A stretch of 64,000 nt of DNA, taken from Amphiscolops sp. MND2022. Lineage: Eukaryota. The DNA lies in assembly GCA_964187785.1 (NCBI GenBank), contig OZ076414.1, positions 16,678,001 to 16,742,000 on the forward strand, written 5' to 3'. Below are positions 1-11,747 of the stretch, in pieces. A program made the translations under genes and the position numbers. How positions within the stretch are numbered: position 1 is the first letter of the stretch; the number at the start of each line of letters is the position of its first letter. The notes below the pieces were generated by a model. It did not search any database and was not told the origin of the DNA. It saw only the letters and a list, made by a program, of their open reading frames with translations.

Positions 1-201
1 ACAACCTGATCACCCCCTGGACAGGCAACCCCGAGGACTGCAGCACCGAGATACTGAGACAGAGTCCTCACGCAGAGGGGTGGATGATGAGTCAAGACAG
101 GACTCAATGCATTGGATTTTTGCCCACGGATGATACGGGATCTTCAATATATCAGATGGTAGATATCAGCCAAAATCCTCCAATGCAGTTCTGTATATTC
201 G
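1..201 (+). CDS. Host gene P (plus paralogue), exon A, 5'-truncated by window edge; Cys-containing extracellular-type module
   Basis: Frame from nt 3 reads NLITPWTGNPEDCSTEILRQSPHAEGWMMSQDRTQCIGFLPTDDTGSSIYQMVDISQNPPMQFCIF-G. Ends at a phase-1 donor G|GTTAGT (202). Homologous to the minus exon at 51106-51390. Confidence 0.85.
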
Positions 202-522
202 GTTAGTTTTTTCCCGAAATAGTTTTGATTCCACAAAGCGGGTTCACAAACTCAAAAAGATTTCATAAGGAAGGAAAAGAAAAATCAAATGGAGAGAAAC
301 TCCGAGAAATTGTTCTCGCTTGAGATGTAATATGGTATACTTTACTAGAAGTCGTTTCTCTCGCTCGGACTTGAAAAATGCACACAATTGTCCTCACAGT
401 TTTGACCCAAATTTGATTTTGAGATCGACTGTATGTTGATAGACATTGCATTTTCATTGTCGTACGTATTAAACACACTATGTTTCAATGAAAATAGTTC
501 TAGAATTTAAAAAATCGGCATG

Positions 523-2170
523 TGTCGCAGGCTGCCGCCTGTGACGGGAATTATTATCAAATTCCCCAAGAATATGCAGAATCCAACCCCCCACCCGGAG
601 TATTGCCAATCTGAAAGACTTACGGTAAAACAATTCAAAACTATGTTTAATCTTATCCCAATAGTGCTATTTCACATTTTTACCGTGGCGGACCTGTGGT
701 CCACACGGCTACATCTTAGTTTTCATTTTTACCTTACGAGAATTTACTTAATTAATGAGTCCTGTGCCTGTTTGATTGATTGAATGAATTTGTAATATAA
801 TCAATTGAATGTAAAATAATACGTACAATGCTTGCTGAATACTAGGAAACGTGTTCAAATGAACGCTTGTTGACGCCCAGCGTACGTACCGGCCTTATTT
901 AAATAAACCAATCAGAGTGCTGTACATTCTTATCATTACTGCTGTAGCCACGTGGACCGAAGGTCTACCGCGGTGTTATTAGCTGTCAATTAGTCGATGC
1001 TATTATGTTTACTGTAGCCGCGCGTACTGTCAGTCCGCGGCGGTTACTACCATTTAGAGCTGCAATTTAAATATGCTGATGTAGTTACTCGGACCTTAAG
1101 TCTATTAGTACAGTAATAATGAACGATTTGTTTGTTATGATACTTGTCAGACATAAAATAATAAAATAAACATGTAACTGTTTAAAGCAAAATGTGCTTA
1201 TTTTAGAACTAATATCACGCTTACAGACCATTGGTCAATCCCACCATTTTATCCTGATGCTATATTTAGCTGCAATTTGATGTAAAATATTGACGTCATG
1301 TATCAAAATATAACCCGGGAGCTATTATTAGTAACATGACCAGCATAATTTTGCGGGTCATGCAGTGTGAAGTATATATAGCAGGGACCCGTAGGCCCCA
1401 GGATGATTCTTTCTGATTTTATGAAACTATCAATTACATACACTGCTGATACAATCTGTTACGTTGTGAGACTTATTGGGATAATAGACTGTTTGTCAAT
1501 TCATTATTAATATCCAAAGTTTGTTCAATGCCATCAACAAGGAGACAGAAAGCCAAAGAGAGACGCTCTAGGCAATTGGACATAATGTCTGACGTAGAAA
1601 ATGTTGATATAAAGCTTGGAGGTTACTCTAGATGTGATGAAGAAAATAACATTAGCGAAAATGAAGGGAATTATGATTCAGGGTCTAGTAGACCACAACA
1701 AAGTTCAAACGTTATAGGAGAAGATTTCAGGTCTTTACTTAATACTAATAGTAGGGAAAACAGCGAAACCACAATTGAGACCACTAGGTTGATTAGTGAG
1801 GAAATTTCAAATCAAATGTCTAGAAAATTCAATGAGGTCAAAACTAACTTGAGTTCTCAAGTCCAGGAGGCTATCACAGCTGCAATAGCAAATACAGTGC
1901 TTCCGGCTATTCAAAATACACTGGAAACGCAGGGGAGACTTGATTTCACCATGGTGGACCGAGGGTCTGACGGGCTACATCTGAGCCCAAGGCCGACCGA
2001 TTTCACCATAAGGGACCGAAGGTCCAGTGGGCTACAACGGAACGCCGAAGTTGGAAATGCTCAGAAATCGTGGGAAAATCGTCCCAGAGCTTGCTTTACA
2101 CAGGAAAATACTAGACTGAGGTCTAGAGAGAGTTCAACTGACTCTAATAATAGTGAACAAATTCACGACA
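523..2170 (+). mobile_element. Solo LTR of a Ty3/Gypsy element (1648 bp) in intron of gene P
   Basis: Termini TGTCG...CGACA. Flanks GCATG (518-522) and GCTTG (2171-2175) form a 5-bp TSD with one mismatch. Start TGTCGCAGGC is shared with the LTRs at 10195 and 44539, and nearly so at 38853. Confidence 0.88.
1373..1380 (+). promoter_or_regulatory. Probable LTR TATA box
   Basis: TATATATA about 150 nt upstream of the LTR ORF ATG. Equivalent boxes lie at 11077-11084 and 45437-45444 in related LTRs. Confidence 0.5.
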
Positions 2171-2181
2171 GCTTGGAATGA
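1528..2181 (+). CDS. LTR-encoded gag N-terminal ORF (217 aa), running off the LTR end into flanking DNA
   Basis: Open ORF MPSTRRQKAKERRSRQLDIMSDVENVDIKLG..., homologous to MPSTRKQKAKARKSRELDVLSDYGNMDIMLG at 45594 and to decayed copies at ~11200 and 39846. Confidence 0.7.
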   Translation: MPSTRRQKAKERRSRQLDIMSDVENVDIKLGGYSRCDEENNISENEGNYDSGSSRPQQSSNVIGEDFRSLLNTNSRENSETTIETTRLISEEISNQMSRKFNEVKTNLSSQVQEAITAAIANTVLPAIQNTLETQGRLDFTMVDRGSDGLHLSPRPTDFTIRDRRSSGLQRNAEVGNAQKSWENRPRACFTQENTRLRSRESSTDSNNSEQIHDSLE

Positions 2182-2367
2182 TGTGTGTTTTACTCGCAAG
2201 AAAGTTCAACTACTTTCCTCAAGTTATGAATATTTGTAAGTTATGCCAAATTTCAAACAAGATCTCTTTAAAGTCATTATTTTAATATATTTGGAATACC
2301 CTCCGTTTTTTTGAAGATGGTCCATCGATTGAAAAAAAACACTTCATTAAAAATTACACTTCTTTAG

Positions 2368-2646
2368 ATTCACAATGCGCTGGGGACTTTTCAATACCAG
2401 AATCAAGAATGAGTGACACAGTGCATAACCTTGCTATTGAGGTCGGGTCAGTTAAGACAATGCATGAATGCTCGAAGTCTGTGAAACAACTTCACTCTAC
2501 TGCATACATGGCCACAATGCAGAACCCGTTGAGCGCGCCCTTCAACGCAAGTGCTTCTTACACTTGCTTCGCGATTCTCTTGAAACTTGACGGAGAAGCC
2601 AACAGAATGGTATTCGACCACAACTTTATGAGCTGTTTCATAAAAG
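2368..2646 (+). CDS. Gene P exon B (279 nt, phase 1-1)
   Basis: Acceptor CTTCTTTAG|AT, donor AAAG|GTAACA. Reads DSQCAGDFSIPESRMSDTVH...HECSKSV...YTCFAI...FMSCFIKG; about 45% identical by eye to the minus exon 46281-46553. Confidence 0.88.
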
Positions 2647-3576
2647 GTAACAATGTCGGCAAGTTCTGTTACATAAGTTTTAGGTTTCTTTTATGCCCCA
2701 AATTTGCCAGTAGCTCTAAGATAGAAGTCAGCGAATGAATTCGTGAAAAACGTGAAATCTAAATTGCATAATCTCATGTTGAAGAAACGGTGGACTGTCT
2801 TTTGCTTCAAAATTTTTGATGGAGTAAATGAAGCCCTGAAGTTTTTGGAAAGAAAGGCGGAGTTTTCTGTGATCAAGCTACCGTGTTTCTCCTGTGATAA
2901 AGCATGCTTTGAATGTAAGATACCCCTCAATTTCTTTTGTTCGCAGTCTAAACAGAAGTGTCTTCCATAACAAAAAAAACAGTGCCTCGTTTAAAAAAGT
3001 AATAGGAAAATAACTGGAAATGTTATTTTTTACGGTTAATCTTGATGTTACGGCTATCGTTTTCCACCTACTATTAGGAGAAATAACCGCAAACTGACCA
3101 CTGAAATCGAAACTGTTGATAAAACTAGAAACTTTCAATCAACTTTCTCAATTTTACAATGTAAGACTCTGAATTAAAAGCGTCCCCATTTATAAAAATT
3201 ACTTGGCACATCGCGCGAAAGACAAGGCACAATTTATTTTAAGAGGAACACGGCATACTGAAAATTAAGAACTGTTCCAAAAAAGTAACCCCCCACCCTT
3301 CATACGTTTTATTTTCTCAAATATTTGAAAAATTGTCTTGAATGAATGAATAGCTAATCGTTTGAACTTATGTGACTCATTAAATAGCGTCAGATGAACT
3401 CGTTTTCAGTAAATGTTAAAAAAAATTTCAGTATAATTATTTAGATAAAAATTTAATTTCTAAAACATGGGGAGAGGTAGGGGTAAGAACCGAATATTGA
3501 GCTTCCAAGAAGTTACGTAGCGCACAGGACGTCGCGTCCAGTCTTGCTTTTGCATCCAGACAGTTTTTGATTCCAG

Positions 3577-3828
3577 ACAGGAATTTCTACAGCGAAGATG
3601 ACGTCTCAATAAAAGGTGCCTTTGCGTATGGCCTTCAATATCCCTTGGGCAAAGGCGAAAAGGCTACTTACAGTAACATGTGGACTTCTTTCTGCTTCGA
3701 ACTAATGCTTGACAGGTTTGGCAGCTTCTATGGGCTGAATGTGGATCTCACTAACTTTGATTGTCAAAAGGCGCTGAGTAGAGCCCCACGCGCAACACTT
3801 GCCAATGTGAAGAAGTCCTTTCGATCAA
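3577..3828 (+). CDS. Gene P exon C1
   Basis: Acceptor TTGATTCCAG|AC. Reads DRNFYSEDDVSIKGAFAYGLQYPL...FCFELM...GLNV...DC...SRAPRATLANVKKSFRS, which aligns with the minus exon 8897-9219 (GRNF...YGISYPI...ICWNMI...GINI...QC...SRSVRAKPENVKKSF). Donor inferred at CAA|GTTTGA. Confidence 0.75.
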
Positions 3829-3995
3829 GTTTGATAATTTCAAGCTCAGTTTTCAAAAATGAGTTCAAAAAATGTGATGTGAAATTCATTATAGGTGTCA
3901 TTATAACAGTACGAAAAAAACAATAACAATTTGCAAAACAAGCCTCAATGTATCTCGTTACAAGAGAAAATTTCAACTTGTTATATGATCACAAG

Positions 3996-4064
3996 ACGTA
4001 AGTTATAACACACTGGAAGGACTTCCACACCAGGACACAACGGTAAAAGCTTCCATGATTTTCG
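3996..4064 (+). CDS. Gene P exon C2
   Basis: Acceptor CACAAG|AC, strong donor TTCG|GTGAGT. Reads NVSYNTLEGLPHQDTTVKASMIF-G, matching ...SNSHENISKKEKMML-G of the minus paralogue. C1+C2 = 321 nt versus 323 nt in the paralogue. Confidence 0.65.
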
Positions 4065-4086
4065 GTGAGTACTATAGTAGATGCAG

Positions 4087-4184
4087 GTTTCAGGATGGAA
4101 GAACAATATGTCGGAGCATTTGATTTCTCATTCATGTTTCCTTGCTCGTTATACTTAAGCTTTTTACAAAAAAAACGTAATTAA
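4087..4184 (+). CDS. Gene P terminal coding exon D (hydrophobic tail), after an apparent 22-nt intron
   Basis: ATGCAG|GT then GFRMEEQYVGAFDFSFMFPCSLYLSFLQKKRN*. Aligns to minus exon D (DGPYFNTIEFIMLFSCSFTLL). Confidence 0.5.
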
Positions 4185-5402
4185 CAAAACTGTAACAAAA
4201 ACGTAAATTAATTTGTCAAAAAACGTGCTTTTGTCAATTTTCGGATTTTGGTTTGTTTTTGAGGCCAATTCGATCAAACAATTGCTGTTGTATCTCCAGA
4301 AACGCCTACTGAAAGCCGGGGGTTAAATCGTGTCTGAGTTTTTAGACAATTGTATGAAGGCAAATTGCTCACAAGTTACATCTTTTCTTGAAAAGTCAAA
4401 AAATTGAAATTTTGGGTTTTTTTGCTTATTCCGGGTCATTCTGATGTAATTTTCTACCAGAATAACTGTAATTTTCTCTTCAAAATCTTGCTGAAAACCT
4501 AATTAAATCATCTGGAGCTTTTTGAAGCTTTCATTTATCCAATTGTTTCTAATGCCAAATTAAAAACTACCACGGAAATTGTCAGAAAAACTTCGTAAAT
4601 TTCACCATTTTCGACGTTTTGCGGTCAATTTGATGCAATTTCCAACGAAAGTTTGAAGATATGTCTTCAAACAAGCATATTGGAAAACGAGTTCAATCGT
4701 TGTTTCCAACATTATGACTACTAAAAATTTCAAAAATGTAGATATACGTTGCATAAAAAATATACGTTGAAATTTTGTCGGTTTCTCGACCCACTTGGTT
4801 GTTTTAAGTAATTCTGAAGTGATTTTGAAGCAAGACACTGTAACGCTCACTTCAAACAGGATTTTTTGAGATTTTCCGACATTTTTTGGATCATTTTGAA
4901 GCGCTTTTCTATTGCAAGCTGTATGTTTCTCTTGATAAAAGCCCACTGGGCCACGAATTCTTCCCTTGTTGAACAGTTTTAACACTCAAATCCATGAAAT
5001 TTATCAAAAAAGTTTGACAAAATTGAATAAAAATGTCTGAAAGTGTTGGAGTTTTTGTCATTTTCGGTGTGGATTCGAAATTTTTTTCATTTGAAAAACT
5101 GCTATTATCTCTTCACGAAGAACACTGGACAACAAATTGTTTCCTTGTTGACCCTTTTCAGCATTTTAATCAAAATTTTGACCAAAATTGCATAAAAACG
5201 TTTGAAGTCTTAAAATATTGAAAATTGAAAGCCGAAAAAAAAGGTGACACACTTGGATTTGAATATAAATTGAGAACATGGCAATTTTTTACAAAACAAA
5301 ATTTTCAAAATTTTCTTTTGAAAATTTTAAAATTTTCTTTTCCATATGAATAATGGGCGGAAAAGAATGAACATTTGTTTAACTTACGTCACTCCAATCC
5401 AT

Positions 5403-5485
5403 GTCACTTGGCCTAGCGGTTAACGCGTTTTTCCAGGAGTGGTGTGAAAGGCAAGTATATGTGGGTTTGAGTTGCGCAGTAAAAT
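5403..5485 (+). other. Degenerate tRNA-like sequence (tRNA pseudogene or SINE head)
   Basis: GTCACTTGGCCTAGCGGTTAACGCG (A-box-like) followed by GTGGGTTTGAGT (degenerate B-box). No convincing cloverleaf seen. Confidence 0.3.
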
Positions 5486-8459
5486 AAAAGTTACTACGCT
5501 TGCAAAGGGTCCCTTGCCCTAAAATTTTCCCGGCACTATGTGACTTTTCTCAACAAAAAGACGCTTTTTGAGCCTGAAGGGTCACACTTTTGGTAATTTC
5601 GGCACTGTGATACTTTTTTTGAACAGAGATTTTTAGATTCGGGTTTTTTGTTTCATTTTTCAATTCAGATTTTTTCAAAAACCTGAGATGGTCTCCTCGG
5701 AAATGTTCTGCTGTACTAGTGTAGAAAAATTGCGCAGCGCCACTTGAACAATGTCTTTCCAGGTATAAATAAATGCTGTATAAACCGACAGTTTAATCCC
5801 ATGATCACAGAACCTAACTGATTTGCATCGCACAAGGCCTCAATTGTTACATAAATAAGACTTTGATTTTTCAAAAAGAAACAATTTTTTCGTTTCAGAT
5901 GGACCTATATTCATTTAATGGCAGAAGCGATCGATTCACTGAACAAAAAAATCTGCAGAACTCTGGGGCGATGCAACTGATGAACCACTTGAGGAGCAAA
6001 CCAATGTTAAAAAACACACACCGTATTCCGAATCTAAAATGAAACAAAACTTTTCATTCGAAAACCAGCAGTGCATGGATTATTACACAATTTAAGATGT
6101 AGTTGACGTCTTTTTCAGATCTTCAAAACTTTTGTCTCTGGATGAGAAATGAAATTGAATGAATAATGAAGCTTAAGAATTAACCGATTTCCAACTAATG
6201 AAAAGCACTCGTGTTCTTCACGAAAACTTCATCTCGGGTTTCTGCCCAGTCTATCATACTCTGCACATAAGATGGTACCATTGCAATCACGTAATTTTTT
6301 AAATGAAAAAATTGTTAACTTCAATCAAAAATTGGTATATTATGCGGCCCAAAGTTTCGTCATTCTGGAATCATAACATTTATGGCCTGTATAATGATCC
6401 GTCTGGAATCAATCATTCTCCCCGGGTTGTTCTGACATGCTGTTTATAAAAATTACCAACGCAAAAAACGCTGTGAGTAAAAGCAGTTACTGAGAGATTG
6501 TTTACCCTATGTATAAAAAACAGACACAACCGGTCATAACTCTGTATACTCCTAAGCGGATTTGAGACGTGTACTATGTGAATGTGATGGAAAAACTGTT
6601 CTTTTTCTTGAGTGAAAACACTGTTTTGCTGCTTTTTTACCATTCAATCCCATGGAAATTTCTTTCATTCAAATCAAGGTTGAATGAACCAGCATATAAT
6701 GTCAAAACAACGATAAGTGTAATTTTGTTAACCAATTTATGGCAACACATTGATTGAGAATATTAGTAAACAAATCAAAGAGGCCCAAAGAGGTCATATT
6801 AGCAAATAGTTGTCAATTAACACCGACAAGGATGAACAACTGTTTTGAAGTATATATGCTAATATGACTGCTTTGGATCACGTCGGGTGATAAACTGAAA
6901 CATCTTTGGCTAAGTCTTTGCCTAATGGGCCAAGAGGTCAACGAGATTATTGGTGTGGAATTGGTCAATAAAACATTGGACAACTTCAAAAACATTGTGC
7001 ATTATCTATAATTCATTTTAAAAGGGTTTTCCAAAACACTTTACACAACTATTTGCAACCAACTGTTTTCAACTCATTTGACTGCACAGTTTATTCTGGG
7101 ATATTTCCGCTGTAAATCTGTTTATGAAAAAAATGAGATATAACAAGACATCATCTTTTGTCCGACAAAAGAACATTCGAAGTTCAGACGCTTCCGAAAT
7201 TATTCAGTGGCGACATATCTTTTCTTTCAGCAATAGCTCCTTCAACCATCTCTGTCACTCAAATGAAGAAGCGCCCATCTGAAACTCATCAATTGTCAAA
7301 TATCAGCGTCATTACGCGCTAGGATATTACGCCCAAATAGTTATGGAGAATAAATAACGTCTGAAGAAAACAATCGTGATCTGTTACGATCACATGCCCT
7401 TAACACCCTAAACTCAGGAAGGATGCTAAGCGGCGCGACTTGTAGCAACCGATCTAACAACAGGTTTTGACCAAATCCGGTCTGGAGCGCTTTTTTTCGA
7501 AACCTTTTTTGTCTCCAAAGCGCCCCCTTTCAATTTTATTGAAGTCCACCCTCTTAATATCCGGAGTAAAGTCTATATCCGAATTTGTGAATTTATATCC
7601 GGACTGCAAATCATTTTACTAAGGAGGAGGTGGAGGTTAGAAAACAAGAGTTTTCCATAAAAACGTCCTACGCATATTTTAAAAACTGCGCTTTTTGAGC
7701 TTTAGATATAGCTCCGACTTTGGACGTTCCCATCTTGTGATTTCATCAAAGCGCCAACTATAAATCAAGGTTTTTTTAGAAATGCTTTTGAGTTCACTTC
7801 TGCACTGATGATCAAGGATTCGGATTGTTATTTTTGTATGAGAAAACATTTCCAACCGACAAGACGAATTTGTGAACCGTCGATTTTGTCAATTTTCTGA
7901 AACTCTCTCGAAACAAAACACCAGAGGTGAACATACAACAAAATACTAACAGACACAAATACTAACCGAAAATCAAGGCTGCGAAATCTCTAGTTTCCTT
8001 GTAAAGAAGTCATTTATTATTCCGACGTCCAGCAAATAGGGCATTCAATCGAGCTGAGAGAGTATGTAAGGTGCAAAACAGAAATGGTGTTGTTTTCTGT
8101 GACGTGACAAAATTTTTTGTTGCAATAAAAATTCCGCTATTTGTACGGGACAACAGAGATTTGCTCCAATTATAATTTAGACATCATACGTACAGTTGGC
8201 TACAAATAGTTTAGGCAACCCTTCCAGAACCAACGTACTTGCCTTCGTTTTTGTACAAAAGCGGCTGAGAGAAAGTTAAACCTAAGAATAGTTTGCAACG
8301 ACTAAAAAATTGATAATCTGAACGCGCAATTAATACTCTTGGGTTTTTGGAGTGTTTGAAGGTAAGAAGTCAGGTTTTAAAAATGTTTCCGCACTGTTTT
8401 AGCATAGGTGAAACAAAACCCTAGGGCTATCTGAATTACCATCCGTTGTTGAGACTATT

Positions 8460-8575
8460 TCAATGTAAAAAGTTTATGAAAAACTTTGAGAATAAGATCA
8501 AACTAAGGAGTGTAAAACTGCAAGAAAACAGCATAATGAACTCAATTGTATTAAAATAGGGTCCATCGAGAAAAG
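8460..8575 (-). CDS. Host gene M (minus paralogue), terminal exon D; hydrophobic C-terminus (TM or GPI signal)
   Basis: Acceptor T-run...CGCTAG|CT, phase 1. Reads AFLDGPYFNTIEFIMLFSCSFTLLSLILFSKFFINFLH* with TGA at 8462-8460. Confidence 0.75.
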
Positions 8576-8896
8576 CTAGCGAAAAAAAAAACAGACAACC
8601 AATGATTTCTACCAAAATTCGTTTTCATAGCTAAACTTTTGCGAAATCTATAAAATACAGTTGTGTGGAGGTTTCTGGTACTCTACCTTCGAAGACTGAA
8701 AAAATGGCCTAACTGAAATCCATTGAATGCGATTTTTTTAGTATAAGACAATCCGGCCAATTCAACCGTCAGCAAATTTTTCCAAAGGAACAAAAGACAA
8801 TTTGTAGATTACATTGATGTGCCCTGAAAGTTTTGTTGGTAAACCTTCATCCGTGCCAGGGCTGGGACAACTCCATTGCGTTTTTGGATTCCTTAC

Positions 8897-9219
8897 CTAA
8901 CATCATTTTCTCCTTTTTGCTGATGTTTTCGTGAGAATTTGAGCGTGTAAAAATATCGTTCGTACTGCCTTTTTCTTTTGATCGAAAAATGACTTCTTTA
9001 CGTTTTCTGGTTTTGCTCGAACACTTCTGCTGGATGGAACTGCACATTGTGGAGTGGAGTAAAATATGTTTATTCCAAGGACTCCTCTTTTTTTATGCCT
9101 AATCATATTCCAACAGATATTGGCTTTGTTTAGTTCGCGAGCTTCTTCAAAAGTTTCGGAAATGGGATAGCTAATTCCGTATGATACAACAGCTGGGGTT
9201 TCCAATGCGAAGTTTCTGC
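8897..9219 (-). CDS. Gene M exon C (323 nt; contains a 1-nt frameshift in a T5 run near 8985-8989)
   Basis: Acceptor CATTTTAG|GC, donor TTAG|GTAAGG. Protein aligns with gene P C1+C2. Length is one base short of 108 codons. Confidence 0.8.
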
Positions 9220-10194
9220 CTAAAATGTAGAAAAGGATCTGTAGAAGAACTTGCTGTAACCTGTGGTTAATTTTAAAACATTTCTGCAGGTAGACTGCTT
9301 CAATTCTAAAGAATTGGCTACATTGTCTGGGTCTAGACTTTGAAATCAGTACATATAATCGTTTTCATTTGTAATGATGTCAACGATGATGTTTCCCTTT
9401 GTTATTTTTTTTCGATTTTCGAAAAACTTTGTTTTCTCGAGGAATATTGTCTTCAATTGTTGACAAAGGCAACTAGAAGCGCTATAGAAAACCAGGAAAT
9501 AACATTCCATTTGTATTAGCGAGTAACCGTATTTCGATGCCCAGTGACGGGCTTATAAAGCAGAGGAGTACGTCGACCCCAGTCTGCCATTGGACCAAAT
9601 ATTTCTTTTTCTATGCTTGCAAATGTAGAAGAGAGGTCAAAAGGTCAACATTGGGGATCTCTCGACTATGTGTGCCTTTTTAAATTCATTTTTGCCTGAA
9701 GGTTCCCTCTTCAAATTTTAGCCAAGAAAAAACTCTTTGCGAGCACAAAGAGCACCATTATGGTTTTTCGGCACTTTGCAATTTACCGAAAAAAATTATC
9801 CAATCGAAGTTTGTTTTTTTGAAGGGTTTCATATCAACAAAAACCCTGTTTAAGGTGACCTCTGTCGTTATTTTTTGACCTGTAGAATGTTTAGCTTGTT
9901 TTGGCTTTCCATTGCTGGCTGTTTTGGGTACTTGAGAGGGTCAAACTTTTGGGTAAATTCGGCAGTAAGCAACTTGTTTTCCAAAAAAATCTACTCGAAA
10001 AAATTAAAACCTAGGACCAGAGAGGTCCACTTTAACAAAATTTGACATTGTACAACGTTTATAATACTGTTTCTCTCAAAACAGTTGTCCCAGCTTGAGA
10101 GTTCACAACAAACACCAACGAGATTTCTGAAACATTTCCTTTAGCAAGATGATAAAATCTATTTTTGATTCAAACGCAATTTTGATAAAGAATG

Positions 10195-11747
10195 TGTCGC
10201 AGGCTGCCGCTTGTCACGGTACTAAAATCACTACTTCGGCAGTACGACACGAAACAGCTCCGGGAACCCTACCAACTTATTAAAGTTGACATCTTAACTG
10301 GAATTTATATTCATTTGCTTCAATATTGTTTGGTACAATTGCTTGATGTATATTGTTAGTCTGTTTGTTACCAATGCTGATTGTAATGTTCAAATTGAGA
10401 AGAAGGTGCTGATACGCGATGAAATAAAAAAACCTAACACAAACACAGAAACGAGCTCAAATGCGCCAAAGCGCTGTTACGGTAACGTTGCTTGAAATTA
10501 GGATAATAGCCAAAAGAACCAATCATTCCTTATGTTGCTACTGTGCTATAATATAATTTGTCATAATAGGCTCTGTAACCAAATTATGCTTGTGCAATGA
10601 TAAAGTTAGGCAATTGGCCAGCTTAGGACAAATGTGTAATTAGAAGTGCAAGTAGCGTTAATGTGCCAATAATGTCCCTCTTTTCCGTGATGAGTACCTG
10701 AGTGCTTTACTTATACCAAAAAAATTACTGATGCTATTTAGAATGTTCGCTGGCTATTTAGATGAAACTTTGAAGTACATGTCTGTGCCGGTTCTCGCCA
10801 AAGACACATGAATAATTATCAGTGGGGTGGCCCTATTAGGTCACTTCAATATTAACTTATTTAGATGAAAGTGGTAAATTGATTCCATCACATGGCCATT
10901 AAGGCACGCGCTTGGGTGTAGTGTATTTTTATTTGCAGTGTTTGAAATTCCTCCGACGCTTTGATGTTAATTGTGGTTCTTGATCAGGTGCGGCTCCAGG
11001 AATGTTGCTATTGAAGAAAAAAATTTTTTTACTTTGCGCACATATGTAAAAAAAGTGAGCGTCACGCTGATGGGAGTATATATAGTCCCAACTCCCTCAA
11101 CCAGACACAACTTTTCCGAACCTATCTAGGGTTCACACCTTTGATAAATTAAAGTTTCCGATTGAATTCAAATATTACAAAGTGGCTGCTTTTATTGCGT
11201 GTTTCAAGAAAATAAAAGAACAAAACTAGGAGATTAAGAGAAACAGACATGATCTCAGATTTAGAGAAAATGGAAGTAATGATAGGAAGCAGTCGCTTTG
11301 ATACAGAGATTGGCAACTCAGTCCGCAGGCCTGAAAGTCCTAGCTTTGACGCTTTGGTAGATCATACATAATCTAATTCAAGAGGAAACGAAATAAGGTG
11401 ATATGTCGGAAACGATCAAGGCTCAAGCGAATTTGATTCTAGCAGTGAATTGAATCGAGTATCTGGGGAATTGAACCAGAGGATAACACAGGAAATGAAT
11501 GGATTGATGAAAAAATTTAGCTTTCAAATACAGAAGGCATTAAATGAAGCTATAAATGAGCAAGATTTACGTCATGTCCAAGCCTCTCCTAAGTCCGTAA
11601 ATGAGCAACAGCCGGAAGGAGATGCAACTTTTCGGGAGAGTCTGGAACGAAAGTCTGGAGATACTTTTATTCGAAAGGTCATAAAAAGTTTCAGATATGA
11701 GCTCCTCGGAAACTTAAATCACGAAGAAGATGAGGATTTTCATTGCA
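10195..11747 (+). repeat. 5' LTR of Gypsy A
   Basis: Starts TGTCGCAGGCTGCC and ends ...CATTGCA directly before the PBS. Colinear with 38853-40335 but visibly diverged. Confidence 0.85.

Noticed and set aside
3829-3926. Extending exon C to a donor at 3895 (…KFIIG|GTGTCA) as the ORF track suggests
   Set aside because: Similarity to the paralogue stops at KKSFRS and resumes at 3996-4064 with a much stronger donor. Not formally excluded without RNA data.
5899-6100. Candidate exon after TTTTCGTTTCAG
   Set aside because: Phase-1 frame stops after six codons and there is no counterpart in the paralogue.
7420-7720. Repeat shared with ~47650-47930 (AAGGAGGAGG…GGTTAGAAAACAA)
   Set aside because: Short, patchy similarity; probably a common non-autonomous repeat whose ends I could not define.
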